From positions 64,001-128,000 of the forward strand of contig JASEGJ010000001.1 of NCBI GenBank assembly GCA_030018135.1: 64,000 nt of DNA, written 5' to 3'. Below the pieces are notes generated by a model. It did no database searches, was not told the origin of the DNA, and was given only the letters and a program-made list of their open reading frames with translations. Position 1 is the stretch's first letter; every line of letters begins with the position of its first letter. The translations under genes were made by a program, and so were the position numbers. This DNA comes from Candidatus Hodarchaeaceae archaeon (GTDB lineage Archaea; Hadarchaeota; Hadarchaeia; Hadarchaeales; Hadarchaeaceae). Positions 46,096-55,980 of the stretch are shown here, piece by piece.

Positions 46096-46821
46096 CTACT
46101 GCCTCTCCCTTCGCAACCCATACCACCCGAACGACGTCCCAGATGCTGTGAGCACGCCCTCGGCGATGTCGAGCATCGCCGCACGTTGGTCCTTCGCTTG
46201 AACTACGCCGGAGGCTATTATCACGCCCTCGGCGCCGAGCTGGAGCGCCACGCTGACATCCTCGCCTACTGAAATGCCCGCGCCGCAGAGCACCCGCACA
46301 TCTGGGTTGACCTTGTGTACCTCCTCAACCGTGTTGCGCACGACATCCGGCTTAACCTTGGAGACGGAGATGCCGCTGCCTATGAGCTCCGGTGGCTCCA
46401 CGGCTATCATGTCCGGCCCTAGGGCGGCAACCGACTTGCTTATGCTGACGTTGTCCGCACAGACGATGCTCACCATGCCGAGTTCTTTCACGCGCTTGAT
46501 GATCTGCTCTATGTCAAACAACCTTAGGCGGTGCTCGGAGTGGTTGACAAGCGCGCCTATCGCGCCCGCCTCCTTCGCCGCCTCAGGCAAAATCCAACCC
46601 GTGTGGCCGCCCGGTGAAATCGGATCGACGTGCTGCGCTAGCACCGGGATATCGACAACGCTCGCGACGCGATGGATATCAGCATGCTGCGGCGCGATTG
46701 CAACGCTTATGCCCTTTTCACTCGCAACCTCGACGATGAGCCTCGCGAGCTCCACCGCCCTCTCGCCAGTTGCGCTAGCATATGTTTTGAAATTCACTAT
46801 CACGAGCGGTGTCTCGAGCAT
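46096..46821 (-). CDS. tpiA: Triosephosphate isomerase (archaeal type)
   Basis: VNFKTY, NHSEHR, AVEPPELIG, CGAGI. Confidence 0.96.
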   Translation of the reverse strand: MLETPLVIVNFKTYASATGERAVELARLIVEVASEKGISVAIAPQHADIHRVASVVDIPVLAQHVDPISPGGHTGWILPEAAKEAGAIGALVNHSEHRLRLFDIEQIIKRVKELGMVSIVCADNVSISKSVAALGPDMIAVEPPELIGSGISVSKVKPDVVRNTVEEVHKVNPDVRVLCGAGISVGEDVSVALQLGAEGVIIASGVVQAKDQRAAMLDIAEGVLTASGTSFGWYGLRRERQ

Positions 46822-46881
46822 GCTCCACCGAACGAACTTTGCCCTGCGGGCTTTAAAAACCTCCCCACCAAACCTCCGAAT

Positions 46882-47979
46882 ATGCGCCGCCTGCTAGCTA
46901 GCATGTTCATCACCTCATTCGCCATGGGCATCGTCGGGCTAGTCCTCGTACTCTACGCAAAGGACCATCTAAACGCGAGCTATACCGAGATTGGGCTGCT
47001 CGGGCCAGCGTATGCTACACTCCATGTCCCGCTCTCCGTGCCAGCTGGGCGCCTAGCCGACCGCCACGGCAGGGGGCCGCTTCTCACCCTCGGCCTCCTG
47101 TCGACTGCGTGCACTTTTCTGCTATATTCCCGTGCGAACACCGTGGCTTGGTTGCTTGTGGTGCGCCTGCTGCATGGCGCGGCGGAGGCACCGATCTGGG
47201 TGAATGCTCAAAGCGCGGTGGTCGAGTTTTCGACTCCCATCAACCGCGGGCGGGCGATGGGTGCATATGGTGTATCTTGGGCGACGGGCTTTACGTTGGG
47301 GCCGTTCATCGGCGGTCTGCTGTCCGGAGCCATGCGTCCGATGTGGTCGTTCCTCATCGGCGCCGCCCTAACCCTCCTCGCAGCCGCGGTGACAGCAGGC
47401 GCCCACTTCCATAAGCCGAAGGTAACCCCTGAGAAAATGGCGCTGCGCGGCCTGCTGCCAGCCTGCTTGATAGGCATGCTCTATTTTGGCATAGTCGCCA
47501 TCGTCTTCACCCTCTTTCCGGCCTACGCCAGACAACTCGACATCTCCGAGCCGCGGATAGGGCTGTTATTGGCGCTATTCGGAGGGATCCGCATCGTGTT
47601 TTTGGTGCCCATGGGCGGGCTCTCAGATAGGTTTGGGAGCCGCCCAATCATCCTGCTGGGGATGCTCGGGCTGGCTGCCTCGCTGGCCAGCATAGCCGCA
47701 ACGACGGAATATCTGATGTTCGTCGTCGCGGTCCTATTCCTCGGGATATCGGAGGGTGCGACCTACCCAGCGGTGATGAGCATGGTGTCAAAGGTAGGGG
47801 GGAATGAAAATCGCGGCTACGTGCTCGGTGTATTCAATGCTGTCGCCACGGTTGGCTGGGGCCTGCTACCCGGCGTCGGCGGGCTCACCGCGGACGTTCT
47901 CGGTCCGACGGCACCCTACCTGATGTGTGCACTCATAGCGCTGTCCATGTTTGCCTTCGTGTGGAGGTCCTCGCTGTGA
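46882..47979 (+). CDS. MFS transporter
   Basis: GRLADRHGR, GGLSDRFGSR; about 12 TM. Confidence 0.9.
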   Translation: MRRLLASMFITSFAMGIVGLVLVLYAKDHLNASYTEIGLLGPAYATLHVPLSVPAGRLADRHGRGPLLTLGLLSTACTFLLYSRANTVAWLLVVRLLHGAAEAPIWVNAQSAVVEFSTPINRGRAMGAYGVSWATGFTLGPFIGGLLSGAMRPMWSFLIGAALTLLAAAVTAGAHFHKPKVTPEKMALRGLLPACLIGMLYFGIVAIVFTLFPAYARQLDISEPRIGLLLALFGGIRIVFLVPMGGLSDRFGSRPIILLGMLGLAASLASIAATTEYLMFVVAVLFLGISEGATYPAVMSMVSKVGGNENRGYVLGVFNAVATVGWGLLPGVGGLTADVLGPTAPYLMCALIALSMFAFVWRSSL

Positions 47980-48084
47980 AAGCGTGGGTTGGCGATCACC
48001 GCTTAGATCCGATCCCAGTGTGCTTCGATTTGCCCTAGCTCAGAAAATGGATATGCGTGCCATCAAAAGCTCATGAGTCCAATG

Positions 48085-48203
48085 TGCCGGGGGCGGGACT
48101 CGAACCCGCGATCTCAGGATTTCTCACATCATGGTTGATCAGCACTCACAGCCAGTGGTTTGGGCTATGAGTCCTGCGCTTTAACCAGCTAAGCTACCCC
48201 GGC
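48085..48203 (-). tRNA. Elongator tRNA-Met(CAT) with 45-nt intron 48121..48165 (37/38)
   Basis: CUCA UA^G...UGAG AA^A; G1-C72 acceptor. Confidence 0.92.
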
Positions 48204-48443
48204 TGGTTGATTATTTATTTTTCGATTTTATTTTAACTTGTCGTAAAGGGTCCCACAAACGTTTGGCGCCGGGTCTATGAAATTCACGAGACCTGTTCAA
48301 AGCCCCATTGGGGAACCCGCACCTAAGCTCTTAAAAAAAGTAATAGACGGGTGAGATGTACCGACCGAGAGGACGGAGAGATCGTCGAAAGTATTTAAAA
48401 CCTTTTCTATTGCTGGGGGCTTCTCAAATTACTTCTGAAAAAT

Positions 48444-49157
48444 CTATCTAAGCTTTGACGACCGCATGAATCTTAAGAAATCTTTTTTTGACCTCAGGAC
48501 AACGCAGCCGCCCTCGTAGCCCACGAATACTATGTCGGCAGAATTGACAAACAGGCCATTCTCCACGGCACCCGGCACGTGGTCGAGGGCTTCCTCGAGT
48601 TCAGCTGGATGGGGGATCGAGTCGAATTTAACATCGACGATATAATTCCCGTTGTCGGTTACGAACGGCATGCGCTCCCTAGTCATGCGCAGCACTGGCT
48701 TGCCATTGAGTTCGGCCAGCCTCCGCATGGTGTACTTTTGCACGAACGGCAATATCTCGACGGGCACCGGCCTGCGCTCGCCCAATCGCCTCACGAGCTT
48801 GGTGCGATCGACGATTATCGCGATCCTCTTCGACGCACTCATCAGTATTTTCTCCCGCGTATGGGCTCCTCCGCGCCCCTTTATCATGTTAAAGTTCGGA
48901 TCTATCTCGTCGGCGCCGTCGATCATCAGGTCGAGCTTGGGATACTCGTCCGACGTGCTCAAGCGCAATCCCCTGCCCGCCGCGAACTTTTGAATTGCGA
49001 ACGAGCTCGGCACGAAGGTGGCGTTAATCTCGCGCTCGGCTAGGATGCGGACGACATGAGCAACCGTCGTGCCAGAACCCAAGCCGACGACCATTCTTCC
49101 TCTAACAAGCTTCGCTGCAGCCTTCGCGGCCGCCATCTTCCATTCCTCGACCACCAA
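48444..49157 (-). CDS. rpiA: Ribose-5-phosphate isomerase A
   Basis: GLGSGTT, DGADE, KGRGGAHTREK, TDNGN. Confidence 0.95.
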   Translation of the reverse strand: MVVEEWKMAAAKAAAKLVRGRMVVGLGSGTTVAHVVRILAEREINATFVPSSFAIQKFAAGRGLRLSTSDEYPKLDLMIDGADEIDPNFNMIKGRGGAHTREKILMSASKRIAIIVDRTKLVRRLGERRPVPVEILPFVQKYTMRRLAELNGKPVLRMTRERMPFVTDNGNYIVDVKFDSIPHPAELEEALDHVPGAVENGLFVNSADIVFVGYEGGCVVLRSKKDFLRFMRSSKLR

Positions 49158-49252
49158 AGCAAGCCCAAGTGAAGCTTCTAACGCTGGGGGCTTAATAATT
49201 TCCTCTACGACATTATTAAATAGCGTTGACAATATTTGAAAATGGTGAGGCT

Positions 49253-49786
49253 GTGAAACGCGTCATACCAGTTAGGGCTGCGATGACCGAAAAAGTTCTC
49301 ACGGCTGGCCCTAGGACAACAGTTGCCAAGGCCGCTAAGCTCATGAGCGAGCGCGGCGTCGGTAGCATCATTATCACTCAAGGCAAGAAGCCGGTGGGCA
49401 TCCTAACGGAGCGAGACCTGCTCATGAAAGTCGTTTCCGTGGACCTACGACCCAGCAAGGTACTCGTCAGCAAGGTGATGTCGAGTCCGGTCTTAACTGT
49501 CGGTCCCGAGACGGAAGTTGCCGAGGCTGCCCGAGTCATGATCCGCAATAGGATCAGGCGCCTGCCCGTCGTTGACCGCGGGCGCCTCGTCGGAATCGTA
49601 ACAGCGAGCGATATCACTGCGATCTCGCCGGAACTTATAGAGGTGTTACCGGAGCGCCCGGAACTGCCACCCCGTGAGGAGATAGATGAGAGCGTCTGCG
49701 AGGTCTGCGGCGAGGTGACCGCCTCACTTCACGAAGTAAATGGCATGTGGGTTTGTGAAAATTGTCGCGACTTTTTGGGCGGGTAG
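49253..49786 (+). CDS. CBS-pair protein with C-terminal Zn ribbon
   Basis: GILTERD, RRLPVV, CEVCG..CENC. Confidence 0.9.
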   Translation: MKRVIPVRAAMTEKVLTAGPRTTVAKAAKLMSERGVGSIIITQGKKPVGILTERDLLMKVVSVDLRPSKVLVSKVMSSPVLTVGPETEVAEAARVMIRNRIRRLPVVDRGRLVGIVTASDITAISPELIEVLPERPELPPREEIDESVCEVCGEVTASLHEVNGMWVCENCRDFLGG

Positions 49787-49809
49787 ATGATGTCATGGCC
49801 TGCCGCGAT

Positions 49810-50610
49810 ATGCTCATGCGAACTCGCGTTAGCGAAGTGATGCAACCCTGCTCGTGCTTCGTCAGTTCGCGCGACTTGGTGACCAAGGCCCGCTCACTTA
49901 TGCGCACCAGCGGCCTTCGAACGTTGCCCGTCGTCGACGATGGCAAGCTGACAGGCATCATAACCGCGCGGCAAATGCTTCGCGTTACCTCAACCCGCTC
50001 AAACATCCCGGTGGCGGGTTTGATGTTCCCCCCTAGGCTTGTGGCTACGCCAGACGACACCATCGGGAAGCTCGTCAAGGATATGATCGAACTCGAGATT
50101 TCGGCCGTGCCCGTCGTCAAAAGCGTTAGCGACCGAACGATATCCGGCATCGTTGGGCTCGATGACATACTAAGACATATCTCCAAGTCTTCAAAGCCAA
50201 AACTAACGGTGGAGAGAATAATGAAAAGGAAGGTCGCCACATGCACCCCCACGGATGAAATCTCGCGGGTATGGGACATTATGGAGGAAGCCCACTTCTC
50301 CGGCCTGCCTGTCGTGCGTTACGACAAGCGCAAGCGTGCGCTAGAGGTCATAGGCATGATAACCCGCTCGGACATCATTCGCTCGGGAGCGACGAGGCTG
50401 GCCGAGGAGTCCGACAAGGGGCGCTTCCGGAGCCCGCCTCGCGTAAAGAGCCTCATGCGAACCCCCGCTATAACGGCATCCCCTAACATGTCCCTCTCCG
50501 ATGCCGTTGAGCTGATGCTGAAGCGCAACATCGGTCGCTTGCCAGTTGTTGAGGACGGCAAGCTAGTTGGGATCGTCAGCCGCGGCGATGTGATAAAAGC
50601 CTGCCTGTAG
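49810..50610 (+). CDS. Four-CBS-domain protein
   Basis: Repeated LPVV..GI(I/V)(T/S)..D motifs. Confidence 0.9.
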   Translation: MLMRTRVSEVMQPCSCFVSSRDLVTKARSLMRTSGLRTLPVVDDGKLTGIITARQMLRVTSTRSNIPVAGLMFPPRLVATPDDTIGKLVKDMIELEISAVPVVKSVSDRTISGIVGLDDILRHISKSSKPKLTVERIMKRKVATCTPTDEISRVWDIMEEAHFSGLPVVRYDKRKRALEVIGMITRSDIIRSGATRLAEESDKGRFRSPPRVKSLMRTPAITASPNMSLSDAVELMLKRNIGRLPVVEDGKLVGIVSRGDVIKACL

Positions 50611-50618
50611 GCGAGCGA

Positions 50619-51524
50619 ATGCGAAGGTTACCCCACGTTGGCTATAAGTCGCGCGACCGGGGCCCGCTGGAGTTCAAATCTAGGCTGAGGAGGGAGGAGG
50701 GCAACATCATGCCGATCGCGCGGCGGAATGTTTTAACCATTCCTCCAACCGTGCGGATAAAAGATGCGGCGGAGTTGATGGTCAAAAATAAGGTCCGAAG
50801 GCTCCCCATAACGGACCCCGGTACGAAACGACTGATCGGCATCGTTACAACGCGCGATATAATAGATTTCCTCGGCGGGGGCGAGCGATCTAAAATCATC
50901 CAAAATAAGTTCAAGGGCAATTTCCTCGCTGCGGTGAACGACCCCATTCGCACGATAATGTCGGAGAAAGTTGTTCATGGAACATTTGACATGTCGATCA
51001 AGGATGTTGCAAAGCTTTTGTTGAGAACGGGCGTTGGGGGCGCGCCCATCCTCGACGAACGGGCGCACGTCGTTGGCATGGTATCGGAGCGAGATTTTGT
51101 CCCATACGTACCGATTGCCGCAGGGATTCTAGTGGGCTATCACATGACTCGAAAAGTTGTGACCGCCGAGCCCGAGCTGCAGATCAAAGAAGCCGCTCGG
51201 CGGATGGTTTCCAGGGGCGTACGCCGCCTGCCGGTCGTCTGCGACCGGGAGCTCGTTGGGATCGTCACGAGCGTCGATATCCTCCGGTACTTTGGTACGA
51301 GCGAGATGTTTGAGCACATGGCCCATGGAAGGGTGGACGAGGCAATGTCGGTTGGGGTCGATAGGATAATGACGAGCAAGGTACTCACGGTAACGCCGCA
51401 AACTGACATAGGCGAGGCGGCTGCGCTGATGGTCGAGCGCGGCTGCGGCGGCTTACCTGTTGTAGAAAGGGATGAACTCGTGGGCATAATGACCGAGCGC
51501 AACGTGCTGGAGTTGTTAATTTGA
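50619..51524 (+). CDS. Four-CBS-domain protein (MJ1225-like)
   Basis: RRLPITD, DIIDFLGGG. Confidence 0.9.
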   Translation: MRRLPHVGYKSRDRGPLEFKSRLRREEGNIMPIARRNVLTIPPTVRIKDAAELMVKNKVRRLPITDPGTKRLIGIVTTRDIIDFLGGGERSKIIQNKFKGNFLAAVNDPIRTIMSEKVVHGTFDMSIKDVAKLLLRTGVGGAPILDERAHVVGMVSERDFVPYVPIAAGILVGYHMTRKVVTAEPELQIKEAARRMVSRGVRRLPVVCDRELVGIVTSVDILRYFGTSEMFEHMAHGRVDEAMSVGVDRIMTSKVLTVTPQTDIGEAAALMVERGCGGLPVVERDELVGIMTERNVLELLI

Positions 51525-52387
51525 AGGTTGTCGACGTTATGAGCTCGCCCGTGGTTGCGATAGGGTCTACGGGGCCAATAGCACATGCAAAGAACCTGAT
51601 GTTGCGCCACGACATAAAACGTCTTGTTGTGGTCGAGCGAGGGGGCCCGGTCGGAATAGTTTCAATGAGCGATCTCGCGGAGCGCCTTGACAGCGGAACC
51701 TCAGCTTGGCGACGACGCCCCATCGATCGCATTCCGATCGCGCGGGTGATGAGCAAAAACTTGATTACGGTGTCACCAGGCACCGATTTGAGCGAGGCCG
51801 CCAGGTTGCTGCTGAAGCACGGCATTAGTAGCTTGGTAATAACCGAGGGCAAAAAACTTATCGGTATCCTGACAAAGACGGATTTGGCGCGCTTCTTCGC
51901 TAAAAATTTGAGAGGTCGAGCGATGGTTCGAGAGCTGATGAGCACAAGTGTAATAACCGTGAACCGTCGACACTCGCTCGCTCACGTCGTCGAACTCATG
52001 GAAAGAAATAACGTGGGTCGTGTGGTGGTCGTGGATGGCGCTAAGCCGATAGGCACAGTGACTGCAAGCGATGTAGCATTCGCGCAGCTCGAAAGACCAG
52101 TCGAGGGCATAGCTCGACGCGAACTCAAATTCACGAGAAAACCTGCGCGAGCCGATAGGCCAAAATATAGATACGTGAAGTATGTCGCCCTGCTTACCGC
52201 TGAGGATATGATGAGGTCTGAGCTGCTCACCGTCGAAGCGGGCGAAGATGCCGCAATGGCGGCTGAGCGAATGCTCAAGTATGGGAAAAGCGGTCTGCCG
52301 GTCGTCGAGCGTGGCGAGTTGGTGGGCATCCTGACGAAGACCGACTTCACTAAAGGAATCGCGAGGCTTGGACGAAATGCGCGTTAG
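51521..52387 (+). CDS. Four-CBS-domain protein
   Basis: CBS repeats, GILTKTD. Confidence 0.9.
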   Translation: MKVVDVMSSPVVAIGSTGPIAHAKNLMLRHDIKRLVVVERGGPVGIVSMSDLAERLDSGTSAWRRRPIDRIPIARVMSKNLITVSPGTDLSEAARLLLKHGISSLVITEGKKLIGILTKTDLARFFAKNLRGRAMVRELMSTSVITVNRRHSLAHVVELMERNNVGRVVVVDGAKPIGTVTASDVAFAQLERPVEGIARRELKFTRKPARADRPKYRYVKYVALLTAEDMMRSELLTVEAGEDAAMAAERMLKYGKSGLPVVERGELVGILTKTDFTKGIARLGRNAR

Positions 52388-53171
52388 TCAAATAATGACC
52401 CCAAATGTCATTACCATAGACAAGGATATATCGCTGGCCGAGGCGATAGGACAAATGCGACGCCACGAGATATCGCGCCTAGTGGTCACGGATGCTGGAA
52501 AGATCGATGGAATCGTCACGGAGCGGGATATTGCTCGAGAATTGGGCTCGACGCGCAGCTACCGTTTGCCCCCTGGTAGGATGCACGTTTCAAACGTCAT
52601 GACTGCCAATCCGGTGACGGTCGCACCCGACATCACGGCAAAGCGCGCCGCCGAACTCATGCTCGATAACGACATCAGTGGGTTGCCGGTAGTTGAGGAT
52701 GACAAACTGGCCGGCATCGTCACGAAAATGGATTTCGCAAAGGTATGCATGGGTTTTGATGATATTTTCGCGGGGCAGATTATGCAGTCCAGCCCGCGAA
52801 CCGCCACGCCAAGCGACCGCGTGATACATGCACGCAGGTTGCTGTTTGAAGAGGACCTAATTAGCCTGCCCGTGGTCGAGGCGGGCGAACTCGTGGGCAT
52901 CGTAACGGTGCGGGATATTGCGATGTGCCTCGCCGCGTTTCAGGAGGTGGTGCCGGACAGGCACAAGAGCGAGCGCATCCGCAATTTGTTGGTCGAGGAC
53001 ATCATGACCCAGCCGGCGACAACCACGCATACCGACGCAAAGCTTTCCGACATCGCACGCGTCATGTTCGAGCGACGCTTTTCCAGCTTGCCGGTGCTCA
53101 ACTTGGAGGACGAGCTCGTCGGTTTGGTCACGAGGACCGAGCTGACCGAGGTCGCGCGGGAGCGCCTTTGA
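52368..53171 (+). CDS. Four-CBS-domain protein
   Basis: CBS repeats, GIVTERD. Confidence 0.9.
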   Translation: MDEMRVSQIMTPNVITIDKDISLAEAIGQMRRHEISRLVVTDAGKIDGIVTERDIARELGSTRSYRLPPGRMHVSNVMTANPVTVAPDITAKRAAELMLDNDISGLPVVEDDKLAGIVTKMDFAKVCMGFDDIFAGQIMQSSPRTATPSDRVIHARRLLFEEDLISLPVVEAGELVGIVTVRDIAMCLAAFQEVVPDRHKSERIRNLLVEDIMTQPATTTHTDAKLSDIARVMFERRFSSLPVLNLEDELVGLVTRTELTEVARERL

Positions 53172-53263
53172 TGTCTCGAGCGGGCTAGTTTTCGTACCGG
53201 TGACGAAGCTGAACGTTAAGATTAAGTCGACATGGTCGTTATGAGCCAAGCGCCGGAGGGGGC

Positions 53264-53839
53264 ATGCCGATGAAGATAAAGCTCACGCGCACGTTGCTAC
53301 TGAAGGCCTTCCTTGCACAAGTGGTACTTTTCATCACGCTGGCCTTAGCAATCGCTTGGTGGCGAGGGTGGCTCAAGGATCTAGGACTGAACCTCCAAAA
53401 TCCAACCTTCGGCGTAGCGGCGGGCTTGATCGTGGGCGCAGCCATGGGCGCCGCTTCGATCGCATGCGATGAAGTGGGGCTCAAAAACCCACTTGCTGAT
53501 GAGATCTCCCGCACCCTAACCTTGAGCGACATCCTGTTTGTAAATCTCGTGCTGATTGCGCCCAGCGAGGAAATCTTCTTCAGGGGGCTGCTCATCCCCA
53601 GGATAGGTTTAGCGCCGTCTGCAATCACGTTCGGCTTGGCGCATGTGGTTGGCTACCGCGCACTGAGCGAGGTCGTGGTGGCGACGGTTTTTGGGCTGGC
53701 GCTTGGCTGGCTCTTTCTATCATCTGGCAGTTTGCTTGGCCCGTGGCTGGCGCATGCTCTGGCGAATGTTGTAGCAATGGAGCATATCCATCGGCGGGCC
53801 GGAAAAGGTCCCAAGCGATCGTCCGCGCGCGCTGGGTGA
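53264..53839 (+). CDS. CPBP/CAAX intramembrane protease
   Basis: EEIFFRG, FGLAH, HALAN. Confidence 0.9.
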   Translation: MPMKIKLTRTLLLKAFLAQVVLFITLALAIAWWRGWLKDLGLNLQNPTFGVAAGLIVGAAMGAASIACDEVGLKNPLADEISRTLTLSDILFVNLVLIAPSEEIFFRGLLIPRIGLAPSAITFGLAHVVGYRALSEVVVATVFGLALGWLFLSSGSLLGPWLAHALANVVAMEHIHRRAGKGPKRSSARAG

Positions 53840-53940
53840 GGCGAGCGGAATCAAAATTTTTGTGCTCGACTAAACGACCGAGCTGAATCTTCGCCCAGAA
53901 TAGAATAAATAACCAAGTTCTAAATAAATTGAAGTTAAGT

Positions 53941-54037
53941 GCGGCCGTGGTCCAGCCTGGTTAGGGCGTTAAGCGCCGCCAAAGGACCCAGGCTCCCCAA
54001 GCCTGTGGCGCGGGTTCGAATCCCGCCGGCCGCACCA
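53941..54037 (+). tRNA. tRNA-Gly(CCC) with 20-nt D-loop intron 53964..53983 (21/22)
   Basis: UGGU UA^G GGCGU..GCGCC GCCA AA^G; CCA encoded. Confidence 0.9.
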
Positions 54038-54084
54038 CTAACTTTAAATCCAAACCATCAATCAAATGTGGGTAGTGAATTCTG

Positions 54085-55013
54085 ATGAAGATGAGCATGC
54101 TATTCATGGTAGTACTTCCGCTTGCCATCTTGCCGTGCGTCCTAGCTGGCGTCCAAACTACTGGGGCCTCGTCGGTTGCGCAAGCGGCGGAGCCAAGCAC
54201 GGTTAAAGCTGGCGTGTGGGTCATCTCGTTGACCCCGCTGGCGGGACTTTCACGATCGATTTTTACCTCTGGTTCAAGTACGGTGAGATAGAGCCAAATA
54301 TCGAGTTTCTAAACGGGTCTCCATCGAGGTTCGAAAAGATAACCGAAAGGGAAAATTACATAGAATACCGCGTCAAGGGCATATTCGTAAAACCCCTTGA
54401 TTTTAGGAACTTTCCGTTCGATGAGCACACTTTAACCGTCGAGCTGGAGGACAAGGAGTTCGATGCTTCCGAACTCGTATTTGAACCTGATCTGGACGAA
54501 AGCGGGATGGACCCAGAATTGGCGATCGTTGGCTGGAGCGCCGAGGATTTTCGGATAAAATAAGAAAGATCACGCGTACCCGGGCGAAAATTTCTCCCGG
54601 CTTATATTTGGGGTAAGAATTTACCGATCGAAGCTCTCGGCCATGTTCAAGAACTTTCTCCCCATTATCGTCATCACGTTGATATCCCTCTTGACCTTCG
54701 CGATCTCCGTTAAAAACTTCGGGCAGAGGGTTGGTATATGTGTGACGACTTTGATGTCCGCGGTTGCCTATCACCTAGCGGCACTCGGTGCGCTGCCGCC
54801 CTTAGGATACCTCACATTGCTTGATAGGGTCATGCTCGTCGTTTACACCCTGTTCTTGTACAATTTGGCGGTCTCCGTTCAAGCGATGAGACTCGTGGAG
54901 GGGGAAAGGTGGCGGCGGCTGAAAAGTTTGAAACGAGGATGCAGAACTTCATCCCAGCATTGGTCGCGGTGCTATGTTTGGTTTACATAGGGTTTATCGG
55001 CTTTTTCGCCTGA
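54085..55013 (+). pseudogene. Pentameric ligand-gated ion channel (GLIC/ELIC-like), three frameshifts
   Basis: Signal peptide, FTIDFYLW, LDFRNFPFD, IVGW, M1 FLP, LPPLGYLTLLD, M4 in a shifted frame. Confidence 0.75.
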
Positions 55014-55048
55014 AGTCGTGGGGCTGCATTCTCTTATTGGGTTGCGGC

Positions 55049-55420
55049 TCATCCGCTGCTCAGGAACCTAAACTGGGGCAAGGGGGCCTGAAAGACGAGC
55101 ATCTCTACATCCTCTGCCGCAAGGTTAACTGCGGAGTGCGGCACACCCTCGGACGCGACGATGATATCGCCGGGGCCGACCTCAAATTTTTCCTTGCCAA
55201 CCGTAAAAGTTGCTCGACCCCTCAGGATGTATATCACATCGTCGGAATTCGAGTGAAGATGTCTTGGGAATTCGTGGCCCGGCAAGATCCGAAGCAGAGT
55301 TAGCTGGCAGTGTTTATTGCCGATTTTCGCTGGATGCACTAGCAAGCGCAGGCGGTTGTCTCCCGCAGCGGTTGTTTCCTCGACTTCATCTACGACAATC
55401 CTGGTCAGATAACCCACCAC
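55049..55420 (-). CDS. Cupin-domain protein
   Basis: PRHLH..DDVIYILRG, GDII..GVPHS. Confidence 0.85.
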   Translation of the reverse strand: MVGYLTRIVVDEVEETTAAGDNRLRLLVHPAKIGNKHCQLTLLRILPGHEFPRHLHSNSDDVIYILRGRATFTVGKEKFEVGPGDIIVASEGVPHSAVNLAAEDVEMLVFQAPLPQFRFLSSG

Positions 55421-55577
55421 TAATCAGTTGAGATGGTGGACGAAAAAAAGCTTGCAATCCCCCCCATTGTGTGGCAGACTCGCTCCAAATGACTCAATGT
55501 CGAGCGCCCCCATGAAGGTTTATGCCGACACCGTTTTCTCTTTATAAAGTGCTTTCGGCCAACGGCCCGGCGGGGTT

Positions 55578-55973
55578 ATGAACGAAAGCGGCCAACTGAT
55601 GGGTGTCCCTATAAAGCTCGTGATGGCGCTCGTCATAGGCACCATGACGATGGGCATATTGATGCAGTTTGTCGGCACGGCCGAGCGAACTATACTCAGG
55701 GACATGAAGGTGACATTTCCTCGCACAACCAGCGACAATCTGACGGTTAAGGTCTTCGATGCCCAAAGCGGGGATGCCTTAGGCGATGCAACTATTGTGG
55801 TCAAGTACCCCGGAGGCATGAAGGCCCACACTTGCGGCGAGAGCTCAAATCAGAACAGGTTTAGCATACCTATGAATGGCGCCGATTGCGTCGTCGTGAC
55901 CGTGCGGGTAACCCGCCACGGCTACATCCCGTGGGAAGGGGAGGTCGCGGTGACGGCAGCCAAGAAGAAGTAG
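55578..55973 (+). CDS. Pilin-like protein
   Basis: MNESG|QLMGVP followed by a hydrophobic helix (class III-like signal). Confidence 0.6.
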   Translation: MNESGQLMGVPIKLVMALVIGTMTMGILMQFVGTAERTILRDMKVTFPRTTSDNLTVKVFDAQSGDALGDATIVVKYPGGMKAHTCGESSNQNRFSIPMNGADCVVVTVRVTRHGYIPWEGEVAVTAAKKK

Positions 55974-55980
55974 TGATAGC

